In this document: positions 19,509 to 29,065 of the stretch, one piece after another
Position numbering within the stretch: position 1 is the stretch's first letter
Layout: every line of letters starts with the position of its first letter
From: Candidatus Hermodarchaeota archaeon
GTDB lineage: Archaea; Asgardarchaeota; Hermodarchaeia; Hermodarchaeales; Hermodarchaeaceae
Direction of reading: 5' to 3'
Assembly (NCBI GenBank): GCA_016839365.1
Contig: JAEOUH010000020.1
Span: 1 to 48,653 of the forward strand
Length of the DNA stretch: 48,653 nucleotides
Translations under genes and position numbers: made by a program
The notes under the pieces: generated by a model
Seen by the model: the letters and a program-made list of their open reading frames with translations, nothing else
The model's database searches: none
Told to the model about the DNA's origin: nothing

Positions 19509-20060
19509 CTAGACCTTTCCGGGTTTCTTCTTCAAACCATACTTCTCACGCATTTTTTCGCGCCAGGGTTGGTCTGTGCCGCTAGTTTCGGCATACGCAT
19601 CCGCGGCTGGTTGGGGGCTAGTTGCTGCTTCTGTGGCTTTAGATGGAGTAGTAACTGGCGCTGGTTCTTTGGTCTCTAATGTTCTTGGTGAGGGTGAATT
19701 GATTATAGTCCGTGGAGTAAATCCTTGTCCTGTTTCAAGGCGTGAGAGGACCTCAGTAATTGTAAACATCTGCATTCGTTTGTCCAACTCACTAATAGCT
19801 CGCATCATCATGCGGTTGAGTTCTTGGGGTTCTGACTTGCTTAGCTCTGTGAGTTTCTTGCTTAGTGAGTCGATGCGATTGTTTAGATTTGCGATGTTAT
19901 CTTTGAGCACACCTACAGCATCTAGTTGCCGGCGAATACTCTCCAGATCCTTTGAGATATGCTGCTCGACTTCACTGATTCGGTTTAACGTTCTTTCGAG
20001 GATTTCAGTCATTTGTCGGAAGACATCATCCATTTGGGCTTCTCTGAATTCAGACATCAC
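19509..20060 (-). CDS. Coiled-coil protein with Pro/Thr/Ala linker and basic C-terminal helix
   Basis: ~105-aa heptad region, low-complexity linker, C-terminus QPWREKMREKYGLKKKPGKV. Confidence 0.75.
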   Translation of the reverse strand: MMSEFREAQMDDVFRQMTEILERTLNRISEVEQHISKDLESIRRQLDAVGVLKDNIANLNNRIDSLSKKLTELSKSEPQELNRMMMRAISELDKRMQMFTITEVLSRLETGQGFTPRTIINSPSPRTLETKEPAPVTTPSKATEAATSPQPAADAYAETSGTDQPWREKMREKYGLKKKPGKV

Positions 20061-20121
20061 TCTTCACTGCTGTTTTTTCTGACCAAGACTTTTATTCCTT
20101 CCTATTTGTAGAAGGAATGGT

Positions 20122-21162
20122 ATGCCATTTTCTGTGAATAATTCAGTGACAATTTCAGAAGGTCAAAGTCAGAAACTGGGTCACCTTTTAGAACAATTAC
20201 AGCCCCAAACCGAAGACTTCTTGGATCCTCGCCTTTTTCCATCACAAAAATATGACCCTACAGATGTTGCTAATTTCTTCTTTTTCGTCACGGGAATAGA
20301 TCACCGTACTAGCCCTCCGAACCAAAGCTTTGAAGGAACCGTAGAAGGTAATTATTTTCAAGGCGCTGACCTCTTATGGCATTTGAGCCTACGAAAATTC
20401 ACAGAAAACCCGCGGTTTTTTCACCCTTCTTCCATGGCTCAAATTACGACGGCCACGGTAAGAGACTGGTACACCGTCATGTCTCCTAAACGCGTTACAA
20501 TTAGAGATCCTCAAGAACGGGCTACATTACTCCGAAACTGCGCAAAACTACTCTTAGAGAATTATGCGGGGTCAACCCTCTTCTTAATAGAACACGCAAA
20601 GAATCGGGTAACGCCTGACCCTGAGACGAATAGAGCAGGGCTGTTACAATTACTGACTCAGTTCAAAGCGTACCAGGATCCTGCTCACAAGAAAAGCTAT
20701 CTGTTACTAAAATTCCTTCTTCGCCGTGATCTTTGGTCGGTAATTGATCTGGATTTAGTTCGAATTCCGGTGGATAATCATCTGACCCGAATTGCACTTC
20801 GGGTGGGCATCGTTTCTGTGTCACTAAACCTTGCTCATCAGCTTCGAATGCAGAAACCGGTTTCATCGGATACCGATGTAGTTCTACGCTCAACAATCGC
20901 AGACGCATACTCGCTAGTTGGCCAATACGCTAAGCGCTCTGTGCTTGAGCTCGATGATTTTTTCTGGCATTTCGGTCGCCAATGTTGTCTTACAGTTAAT
21001 CCAATCTGTGTCACAGGATGCACGATGGACTGCTTTGTGGTCGAGCAATTGTTGGCTGCCTCCTGTCAAGGAACCTGTCCGCTTACTGATGTCTGTCTTG
21101 CCTCAACTGATGACATGCAACGGGCCTTAATTGAACCAAAAATCAAAACCTGGTATTATTAA
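20122..21162 (+). CDS. Conserved hypothetical protein, HhH-GPD/queuosine-salvage glycosylase-like fold with C-terminal Cys cluster
   Basis: AYQDP..KK, IPVDNHLTRIALRVG, LDDFFWHFGRQCC...PIC plus further Cys (EndoIII-like FeS tail). Confidence 0.55.
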   Translation: MPFSVNNSVTISEGQSQKLGHLLEQLQPQTEDFLDPRLFPSQKYDPTDVANFFFFVTGIDHRTSPPNQSFEGTVEGNYFQGADLLWHLSLRKFTENPRFFHPSSMAQITTATVRDWYTVMSPKRVTIRDPQERATLLRNCAKLLLENYAGSTLFLIEHAKNRVTPDPETNRAGLLQLLTQFKAYQDPAHKKSYLLLKFLLRRDLWSVIDLDLVRIPVDNHLTRIALRVGIVSVSLNLAHQLRMQKPVSSDTDVVLRSTIADAYSLVGQYAKRSVLELDDFFWHFGRQCCLTVNPICVTGCTMDCFVVEQLLAASCQGTCPLTDVCLASTDDMQRALIEPKIKTWYY

Positions 21163-21167
21163 CCCTG

Positions 21168-22913
21168 CTAGGCTTTAGGCTTGTACTTGTATTTTCCCAC
21201 GAAGCTTTCTCGACTCATCATGGTCGGCAATGCCCAGGTAACTACCGTACCATTCATCGTGTCACGGAGAGCAGGTTCAGGTGTTCCTGATGGAACACCA
21301 ACATATTCGAAGTTTGGGGGAATTAAATCTTGCAGCTCTGGATCCTGTAAACTTGTTTCTCCATCATTGACAAAGGTAACTGTAACTAGCAGTTCACCTG
21401 CTTCGGTCGTTGGAGCGACCGTTCTAGTCTTGCGGAGTTTTCGAACCACCGATCGAACCTTGATAAGAGGTGCCATTGATTCGGGTACCTCAGTAGTAGC
21501 CTTGGGTCCTGGGGGATAGGTGTTGGCTTCGATTGTTACGGGAAGTCGGTGCTCTTGGTTTGGCTTCGGTGTTCGGGCAATTGAGATGTAGTTGACGGTC
21601 ACTGTGTCACCAGGTTTAATTGGTGAGTGATTTTCTATCAGGTCATGAAGCAGAATCTGGAGAGTATGGGGTAACTTTGGATCGCGGTCTTTGGGACGAA
21701 TATCGACCTTGAGGGTACGAGTCACTGGTTTGTCGGCAATCCGCACTCGAATTTGGGTGTTATCTGGAGGCTCGAAGCCAGGTGGAAGGGAGTCGATGAA
21801 TGTGATTTCGTCACAGTCTATGGTTCCTGTGTTTCTTCCTTGTAGAGTGATGGCTACAGGTGCAGGCTCCCATGCCAGTAACTCAAGCGGTTCAACTCGT
21901 TTCTTTCCTTCAATACGAAGCACCGGAAATATATTCTCAGCTTTTTCAATGGTTCCGATAATTTCTTGGTGTAAGGGTGCCTCGACGGTGGAGAGGGCAA
22001 TGACATCAAATTCGGGTTGCTCAGCGCGAACTTCAAGTTCATGTCCCCAGACTTCGCCTGGGTCCAGGCGGAGATCAGGGGATCCTTCATATAATAACTC
22101 GTTTTCTGGAGCCGTCAAAACCACTTGAACCCGTTTAAGGCGAAGAGGAAATTCACTGGTGTTGGTCAGCGTAGCTTTACATCGCCAAAATCCCACTCTC
22201 AAAGGATTCTCCTCCTTCTCGACGCTCACTTCAGTTTCTGTTGACCCATGGAGTGTAGGATTAAGTGTGCTCCGAACGACATCAGCTATCCGGTAGGTGG
22301 CACGTACTTTTCCACCCGATTTTGGCTCCGTATCTTCGGCTGTTATAGTTGCGCGAATCCGTTGAATGGCAACACCTTCCGAAGGTAATTCTTTGATTTG
22401 CCACACGATTTGACCAGCTTTCGAATCGTACTCCGCCTTGCCTATTTGTGACTGTTGAATCTTAATATCCCGAAAAATTGGGGGAATCTCTTTGGTCACT
22501 ACAATGTCATTAATTCTTGCTCCTGAATGGTTTCGAAGGTTCAGGCTGATTTCAACGGGCATCTTATACTCATACACTAACGCGTTATTCACACCCACCC
22601 GTTCATAAAAGGTGTCGAGTGATTCTGAGAGGAGCAGCATGGGCGATTCAATTTCTTTGACGATAAAGTCTTTCTCCCATTCGGTCATCGGATTTAGTCG
22701 TCCGATATCAAGTGTATCTGCTCCAAGAGTAGTGCGATTTTGTCGATTGAGTTCCAGTTCTGCATCCCACACCGCGTGTTTCCGAGAATTGTTCTTCACA
22801 ATCACTTGGCCGCGGGGATCGAATCGAGAAATGGTGTTATCCGCCGTTAATCGAGTATGTTCATGTTCCTTAATGGAGATAGTTAACCCTGCTGGAGTCT
22901 GTGCCGAAGCCAA
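21168..22913 (-). CDS. Cytosolic multi-beta-sandwich protein with N-terminal adaptin mu-homology (MHD)-like domain
   Basis: ISIKEHEHTRL...RGQVIVKN and IVVTKEIPP...GKAEYDSKAGQIVWQIKELP resemble AP-mu/delta-COP strands; later Ig-like repeats (N.G...D.LPP.F); no signal peptide or TM. Confidence 0.6.
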   Translation of the reverse strand: MASAQTPAGLTISIKEHEHTRLTADNTISRFDPRGQVIVKNNSRKHAVWDAELELNRQNRTTLGADTLDIGRLNPMTEWEKDFIVKEIESPMLLLSESLDTFYERVGVNNALVYEYKMPVEISLNLRNHSGARINDIVVTKEIPPIFRDIKIQQSQIGKAEYDSKAGQIVWQIKELPSEGVAIQRIRATITAEDTEPKSGGKVRATYRIADVVRSTLNPTLHGSTETEVSVEKEENPLRVGFWRCKATLTNTSEFPLRLKRVQVVLTAPENELLYEGSPDLRLDPGEVWGHELEVRAEQPEFDVIALSTVEAPLHQEIIGTIEKAENIFPVLRIEGKKRVEPLELLAWEPAPVAITLQGRNTGTIDCDEITFIDSLPPGFEPPDNTQIRVRIADKPVTRTLKVDIRPKDRDPKLPHTLQILLHDLIENHSPIKPGDTVTVNYISIARTPKPNQEHRLPVTIEANTYPPGPKATTEVPESMAPLIKVRSVVRKLRKTRTVAPTTEAGELLVTVTFVNDGETSLQDPELQDLIPPNFEYVGVPSGTPEPALRDTMNGTVVTWALPTMMSRESFVGKYKYKPKA

Positions 22914-22998
22914 GGTCCATCACACCTCGCTCAAGTTAGATAGTCTATTGACAATTTAATGTCTTTCGTGACGGCTCCTAAGACCACCCTAACCGTTA

Positions 22999-23451
22999 TT
23001 AAATCGAAAGTAAGGCCAGATTCAACTCGTTATTTCGCTTACGCCTCAAAACTCCCTCAGCTTTCAGAAGAGTTAACTCAGCTGTTGGGTTAACACGGCA
23101 ACCTTCAAGTAAATGTCCACCCATAATTTCTCCACACTCACCGGTGAAAGTGATATGTGCATGGATAACCACATCATCATCAAGGAGTGCAACGTTTCCA
23201 GTACAGTTCACAATTTCAAGGGCAAGTGATGAATCTGAGGTGGGTTCCCAACTCAGATTAGTATATGCCTTCTTCACGGGATGATAGAAGCCATATTTGG
23301 CTCGGTCAACGGCTCCTATTACCATGAACATCCCAGCCTTAACCGCATGGTTCACAACTACTTGCTTGATGTTTTGGTAAAGATCTTCACCGGCATCAAA
23401 TCGGGCAACAATAAGCTCTTTCACTGGAAAGGAACGAGATGGCATCATCAA
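22999..23451 (-). CDS. PPC/DUF296 domain protein
   Basis: ARFDAGEDL, IGAV, LEIVNCTGN, HAHITF, GGHL, TAE. Confidence 0.9.
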   Translation of the reverse strand: MMMPSRSFPVKELIVARFDAGEDLYQNIKQVVVNHAVKAGMFMVIGAVDRAKYGFYHPVKKAYTNLSWEPTSDSSLALEIVNCTGNVALLDDDVVIHAHITFTGECGEIMGGHLLEGCRVNPTAELTLLKAEGVLRRKRNNELNLALLSI

Positions 23452-23516
23452 CTCTCCACTAATATGCTCATTCTAACAGGGGGCTAAAGGCTAAAAAGTG
23501 GGATGGTTCTTAATCG

Positions 23517-26500
23517 GTGCGGAAGCGATATTACGTGCCATCAAATCTGTCCTCATGGATGGGCTCATCAGAACCAAATCCCAAAACAAAGGAACAGTCG
23601 AAGCCAAAGAAGAATCGGCTCTCACTATTAACCCAGATCATTGCCCAAAGCAAAGATCAGCCCATTCGCCCGTCCGAATATCCCCATACCCCAGAGTCGG
23701 GACCTCCAGGTGTTCTAATCAACATTGACTATCAAGGAAGCGTAGGGGCTGCCAAACTCAAACTCTATGATATTACTAAAAGCCAAATCTATGAGTGGGT
23801 GGATAACACCGGACATCAACCATATTGCCTAACGGATTTATCCCAAGAGGATCTCTCACAACAAAATGATGTTGTTGGCCACTCGGGATTCCTGAAATTC
23901 GAGGAGGGGCTCAAATATAATTTATTACACGATTCAGAGGAACAATACACCATCATCATTGCAAAAGATCCTTTAGCAATTGGTGGACGCCCTGACTCCA
24001 TCCGAGAAAAAATTGGAAGAGACCATGCCTGGGAGGCAGACATCCGGTACACGCAATGCTATACAATGGACCGAGCCCTGACACCAGGCCTTCTGTATCA
24101 GGTTCAAAAGGGTCGACTAGTTTCCGTTCCTCAGGAATTTTCGACTGAAGACGCCACCAAGATTCGTGGATTATTCAAAGACGACAAGGAGCTCTCTAAG
24201 CTCATTGAAGAGTATCTTCCCCTTTTTCTGACTCCTGCCTCGTCGTTACCTCGACTTGCTATTGATATCGAAGTAGAATCGGAATTCATCGATCGAATAC
24301 CTGATCCGGAGCAAGCGCCACAACCAATCATTTCCGTAGCAGTCGTGGATGATACAGGTGTTGGTAGAGTATTACTGCTGGAGCAAGGCTCGCAGGGACG
24401 TGAAGCAAGGAATCTTCCCGACACCGTGACCGTCGAGAAATTTGATAATGAAAAATCCCTCGTTGAAACGGTCTTTCGAATTCTATGGCGTACCCCAATT
24501 CTATTGACCTTCAATGGGGATAACTTTGACCTTCGATACCTTGTCAATCGAGCAAAGAAACTCGGTATCCCCCCTGCTGACAATCCTGTTCGCTTACGAG
24601 GTGGCTTCCGCGGCAATCCCGAAGCAGAACTCGAATATGGCGTCCACATCGACCTCTATCGATTCCTTCATAATCGGTCCATTCAAATCTATGCCTTTCG
24701 GAATCGGTACAGCGAAGTTCGCCTTGAAACGGTCAGCCAAGCCCTCCTCGGAGAAGGAAAGTTACCACTCCCCGACGAGATTAATAAAATCCCTGCCCAC
24801 TTACTCGCTCAATACAATTGGCAAGATGCAAGCCTAACCATGCGCCTCTCAACGTTTGATGATGACCTCATCATGAGCCTCATCCTCCTGCTCATGCGAA
24901 TATCCCATCAAGGCATGCACGACCTCACCCGCACCGCCGTATCCAACTGGATTCGCAGCCTCCTCTACTACGCCCACCGACAACGCAACTACCTCATCCC
25001 ACGCCAAGACGAAATCGCAAGCTTGAAAGGCGAAGCCGTCACCGAAGCCATCATCAAAGGCAAAAAATACATGGGCGCCATCGTCGTCGAACCCAAAGAA
25101 GGCGTCCACTTCAATGTCACCCTTGTTGACTTTGCCTCACTCTATCCCAGTATCATGAAAGCATACAACCTCAGCTACGAAACTGTACGCTGCGATCATC
25201 CTGAATGCAAAGGCAATCTGGTTCCTGGCACACCCCATTGGGTTTGCACTCGCAGGCAAGGAATTACCAGTCTTATCATTGGGCTAATACGTGATGTTCG
25301 TGTTGAGCACTTCAAATTAAGAGCAAAGGACAAAACACTCCCCCCTGAACAAAGAAGCTGGTTCAGCGTAGTCGAGCAAGCACTCAAAGTATTTTTGAAT
25401 GCGCAGTATGGCGTGCTAGGCGCCAGTCATTTTCCCTTATATTGTGCCCCTGCAGCTGAATGTTATTCAGATGATACTGAGATTTTGACAGAAAATGGAT
25501 GGAAATTGTTTAAGGATTTACTTCCGAATGAAAAAGTTGCCACACTAGGAAAACGTGGTGAATTAGTTTATGAGCAACCGCAAAAGCATATTGCAGAATA
25601 CTATTCAGGAACTATGTTTTCTCAAGTCAGTAGTAACATCGATTTGTTGGTAACACCTAACCATAGAATGTATATTGGATGGCGGGGGAAAAATAATTAC
25701 AAGCAGGTTATCAGATGGGGCTTTAGAACTCCTTTAGATATGCCACGATATGTGAAATATAAAAGAAATGCTGAATGGACGGGCAAGGAGCAAGAGTGGT
25801 TTATTCTTCCTCCTGTGATGAAAAAGAAACTTGCCGGAATAAAAATTAATACGCGAGATAGAAAGGGGCGAATTGTTGAATCTGAACATCAATTCGAGGA
25901 AGTTGTAGAAAAACCAATCAGAATCTCGATGGATGATTGGCTAAGGTTTTTTGGCATCTGGCTAGCCGAGGGTTGTTCTACTGGAGGAAATTCGCAAGAA
26001 TACAAAGTTATAATCACGCAATCAAATGTTGAAAAAAGAGCGAAAATCAAGAAATGGTTAGCGAGGCTGCCATTTGATTTTAAGGATTACGGAAAAAATC
26101 TGACAGTCCATAATAAACAACTATATTCATATCTTGAACAATTTCATCAGAGTTATGATAAGTATATTCCAAGAGATTTGCTAAATCTGTCTCCACGACA
26201 ATTACGAATTCTATTCGAATCCATGATGCTCGGAGATGGTTGGAGAGGGAGATGCTATGGCACTGCGTCAAAAGCCTTGGCTGATAACTTTCAAGAACTT
26301 GTACTAAAAATGGGATATGCCTCTACAATTACTAATTCTAAAAACTTCAATAGTATTTACATTTCATATCAAATGCTACAACCAATGCAGAATAAGGGGA
26401 TCGATCATAGATCCTGGGTTGAGTATGATGGAATGGTCTATTGTGTCGATGTTAAGAATCATCTTGTTTATGTTAGACGAAATGGGAAAGCATGCTGGTC

Positions 26501-27248
26501 GGGTAATAGTGTAACAGCTCTTGGTCGTTACGCAATTACCCAGACAATCGAAAAGGCTGAGGAGATAGGAGCTACGGTGATTTATGGAGATACAGATAGC
26601 CTGTTTTTAGATAATCCCACCAAGGATCAGTTGAGGCAACTCATCGATTATAGTGAAAAGAAATTACGAGTGGAGTTGGACATTGAAAAGGAGTACCGGT
26701 TTGTTGCATTGTCTAGTCGAAAGAAGAATTATTTGGGTGTGTCAAAGGACGGTCAAGTTGACATTAAGGGCTTGACGGGTAAGAAACGGAATACGCCTCT
26801 ATTTTTACAGGAGGCATTTATGGAGATGATAGATATCCTAAGTCAGGTTCGTGACCCTGATGGTTTCACCTCTGCGAAAAAACGGATCCTTCAACTTGCC
26901 CGGGATAAGTTAACGATGCTGGATCGCCGAGAATTTGATGTGGAAGATCTAGCAATTCGAGTCCAACTAACGAAGAATCTCAGCGCCTACACCAAAACTA
27001 CTCCCCAACATGTTAAGGCAGCTACGCAGCTCCAAAAAGCCGGAAAAGAAGTGACAGCTGGAGACATCATCGCTTTTGTCAAAACGACCGACGGCGTGAA
27101 GCCTGTTGAGCAGGCTACCGTCCAAGATATTGATGTATCAAAATACAAAGACCTGGTGAAGAGTACCTTTGAACAGGTCCTTGATGCCTTAGGCATTGAA
27201 TGGTTGGATACTATAGGAATGCGTAGGCTGGATACCTTTTTCGGCTAA
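23517..27248 (+). CDS. polB1: Family B DNA polymerase (archaeal PolB1/Dpo1 type) containing an intein
   Basis: Exo motifs AIDIEV, FNGDNFD, YNWQD; pol motifs DFASLYPS, KVFLNAQYG, YGDTDS, KKNYLG; B1-type C.HPEC...HWVC insert; C-terminal PIP-like RRLDTFF. Confidence 0.93.
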   Translation: MRKRYYVPSNLSSWMGSSEPNPKTKEQSKPKKNRLSLLTQIIAQSKDQPIRPSEYPHTPESGPPGVLINIDYQGSVGAAKLKLYDITKSQIYEWVDNTGHQPYCLTDLSQEDLSQQNDVVGHSGFLKFEEGLKYNLLHDSEEQYTIIIAKDPLAIGGRPDSIREKIGRDHAWEADIRYTQCYTMDRALTPGLLYQVQKGRLVSVPQEFSTEDATKIRGLFKDDKELSKLIEEYLPLFLTPASSLPRLAIDIEVESEFIDRIPDPEQAPQPIISVAVVDDTGVGRVLLLEQGSQGREARNLPDTVTVEKFDNEKSLVETVFRILWRTPILLTFNGDNFDLRYLVNRAKKLGIPPADNPVRLRGGFRGNPEAELEYGVHIDLYRFLHNRSIQIYAFRNRYSEVRLETVSQALLGEGKLPLPDEINKIPAHLLAQYNWQDASLTMRLSTFDDDLIMSLILLLMRISHQGMHDLTRTAVSNWIRSLLYYAHRQRNYLIPRQDEIASLKGEAVTEAIIKGKKYMGAIVVEPKEGVHFNVTLVDFASLYPSIMKAYNLSYETVRCDHPECKGNLVPGTPHWVCTRRQGITSLIIGLIRDVRVEHFKLRAKDKTLPPEQRSWFSVVEQALKVFLNAQYGVLGASHFPLYCAPAAECYSDDTEILTENGWKLFKDLLPNEKVATLGKRGELVYEQPQKHIAEYYSGTMFSQVSSNIDLLVTPNHRMYIGWRGKNNYKQVIRWGFRTPLDMPRYVKYKRNAEWTGKEQEWFILPPVMKKKLAGIKINTRDRKGRIVESEHQFEEVVEKPIRISMDDWLRFFGIWLAEGCSTGGNSQEYKVIITQSNVEKRAKIKKWLARLPFDFKDYGKNLTVHNKQLYSYLEQFHQSYDKYIPRDLLNLSPRQLRILFESMMLGDGWRGRCYGTASKALADNFQELVLKMGYASTITNSKNFNSIYISYQMLQPMQNKGIDHRSWVEYDGMVYCVDVKNHLVYVRRNGKACWSGNSVTALGRYAITQTIEKAEEIGATVIYGDTDSLFLDNPTKDQLRQLIDYSEKKLRVELDIEKEYRFVALSSRKKNYLGVSKDGQVDIKGLTGKKRNTPLFLQEAFMEMIDILSQVRDPDGFTSAKKRILQLARDKLTMLDRREFDVEDLAIRVQLTKNLSAYTKTTPQHVKAATQLQKAGKEVTAGDIIAFVKTTDGVKPVEQATVQDIDVSKYKDLVKSTFEQVLDALGIEWLDTIGMRRLDTFFG
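25461..26507 (+). mobile_element. Intein (349 aa) with LAGLIDADG homing endonuclease in PolB1
   Basis: Starts CYSDDTEILTENGW, block B LLVTPNH, FFGIWLAEG and MMLGDG endonuclease blocks, ends VRRNGKACWSGN then Ser+1; splits AAE|SVTALGR; visibly AT-richer than flanks. Confidence 0.95.
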
Positions 27249-27303
27249 TTGACCATAACTTTATTCAGGCTTTTATCCACAGTTGGTATAGTTACTCTTG
27301 TAG

Positions 27304-28323
27304 GTGGAAACTGTGGAGATACGGGACCTCCTAACCCGGGGGGTTTCACTCATTGTGGACCCTCGCGGACTAAAAACTAGCCTTGATGATTTCTTTGCAA
27401 GCTATGGTGGATACCTCGAATACGTTGTTGCCGTTGCAAAGGATATGTCGGGACGTGTATTTTATTCCAGTAAAGCAGCACCAGCGGATGAAGAATATCC
27501 CACCTTCTTTGACGAATTCATCGACACAACAGATGCCGTGGGAATCCCCGCAGGCGCATACCTAAACGTCTTTGCTGACGCCTTCTTCGCTGCTGACCAA
27601 GAATTTAAGACCTTCACTGCTGATGGCCAACCATTAAACAACTTTGTCTGCCCCAATAAACCACCTTTCATCCAACACATGGCTACGGTCATCAAAGAAG
27701 TGGCTGAAAACCCAATTGAAACCCTCTTCTTAGGTAACCTTGGGTATTCTCATGCGAGTTACTGTTACTGCAATGAATGTCGAAATGAATTCAGTGAATA
27801 TGCTGATTTACGACACACCTTCCAAATCGCTGATCAGTCAGCTAATCCTGCGCTCTATAATCAATGGATTGAATGGCGGGTAGCTAAAATATCGGGGATG
27901 GTTCAACAACTGGTCACAGCAGCAAAGGAAGTCCAGCCAGACCTGAAGGTAATCTCTACCTATCCAATTGACTCTGAGAGCGGATATGTTGCTGGAACAA
28001 GAACCAATCTAGGGTTGGACCTCGACACCATTGCAAAAATAAGTAAGAATATCGCCATTGAGGTCTTTCCCTGGACTCCAATTCTACCCGATCCAGGTTC
28101 CAAAGACTTCAACGATTACATCGAAAGCCTATCTTTCATTAGTTCATTGACGAAGCTCGGGGTCGAATTCTCAATGACCCATTGGGTGTTAGAAGACGAG
28201 ACCGAATATGGACGGGCGAAAGCTCTGGCCGATGCTGCGGATATCGCATCGCTCTATTCGATGCTCGGATACCCTTCAGGTTATCAATCCCTGCGGGAGA
28301 TCAGGTTAGGTCTTGGATACTAG
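27304..28323 (+). CDS. Putative glycoside-hydrolase-like TIM-barrel protein (GHL/DUF187-like)
   Basis: FVCPNKP, CYCNEC...F, WIEWR motifs typical of GHL6/GHL10-like families. Confidence 0.6.
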   Translation: METVEIRDLLTRGVSLIVDPRGLKTSLDDFFASYGGYLEYVVAVAKDMSGRVFYSSKAAPADEEYPTFFDEFIDTTDAVGIPAGAYLNVFADAFFAADQEFKTFTADGQPLNNFVCPNKPPFIQHMATVIKEVAENPIETLFLGNLGYSHASYCYCNECRNEFSEYADLRHTFQIADQSANPALYNQWIEWRVAKISGMVQQLVTAAKEVQPDLKVISTYPIDSESGYVAGTRTNLGLDLDTIAKISKNIAIEVFPWTPILPDPGSKDFNDYIESLSFISSLTKLGVEFSMTHWVLEDETEYGRAKALADAADIASLYSMLGYPSGYQSLREIRLGLGY

Positions 28324-28373
28324 CTCATTGCACCTACAATTGAATCAGACTAAGTTGAGGATTTGATAACGGC

Positions 28374-29006
28374 GTGAGTGAAATCGAAACTGTTCAGCGG
28401 CTCGAAGAACTGTATCGGCAACTTATGGGTTCTGATATCGCCACAGCCCAAGAAGTCAAGGCTAAGGCTGAAATTATTTCCCTTATTCCACAATTGAAGG
28501 CCGTCATTCAAGCTGATAATAGCGCCGAGACACAGGAGCTTGGTCAAGAGTTAGAAAAGCTCTATGAACTGGTTTCGAAATGGAATCCCCTCACAGCCTG
28601 GTTCCGTGATGAAGAACCATTGGTCCAACTTTACTTTGATATCCTCTCAAAGGTACGTCTTTTCCTCATTCGCCGAAAAGGACCCACAGAGGAATCCAGC
28701 ACACTCGTTAGCGAGAGCCTCTCTTCGATTCGTCAAACAATGACTCAGCTAGCCACGGTTCTTGAAGAAATTCGGGTCACTGTCAAAACCTTACTAGAAA
28801 TTGTTTCTCCCACGCCCGAAGTTCATGCGCGTATTGCAGGGCTAAGCAGCCGTGCTCTTGAACTTGAACGTCGTATAACTGACTTTGAAGCCGTTAACGG
28901 CGCTAAAACTGAAGCCGACATGGAGAAGATTCAACGCTGGAAAAAGGACCTCAATAAACTCACGAAGCAAATCGATACCCTGCGGAAATTAGCCAAGAAG
29001 GGCTAA
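28374..29006 (+). CDS. Hypothetical helical/coiled-coil protein
   Basis: 210-aa ORF, heptad-rich, co-oriented with polB1. Confidence 0.7.
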   Translation: MSEIETVQRLEELYRQLMGSDIATAQEVKAKAEIISLIPQLKAVIQADNSAETQELGQELEKLYELVSKWNPLTAWFRDEEPLVQLYFDILSKVRLFLIRRKGPTEESSTLVSESLSSIRQTMTQLATVLEEIRVTVKTLLEIVSPTPEVHARIAGLSSRALELERRITDFEAVNGAKTEADMEKIQRWKKDLNKLTKQIDTLRKLAKKG

Positions 29007-29065
29007 CAGATCTGCTTGGTGACATCAGAACTCCATTTGAAATCTATATCCGGCTTCCACGCTGC

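Noticed and set aside
18653-20060. Coiled-coil ORFs (also 10733, 28374, 39721) as ESCRT-III/Snf7 or SNARE proteins
   Set aside because: No basic-N/acidic-C Snf7 charge pattern, no MIM tail and no C-terminal TM anchor visible; an HMM search is needed
19576-20082. 168-aa plus-strand ORF and other long antisense ORFs (e.g. 24131-24649, 21691-22128, 39660-40079)
   Set aside because: Fully overlap better-supported genes on the opposite strand and have shadow-ORF composition
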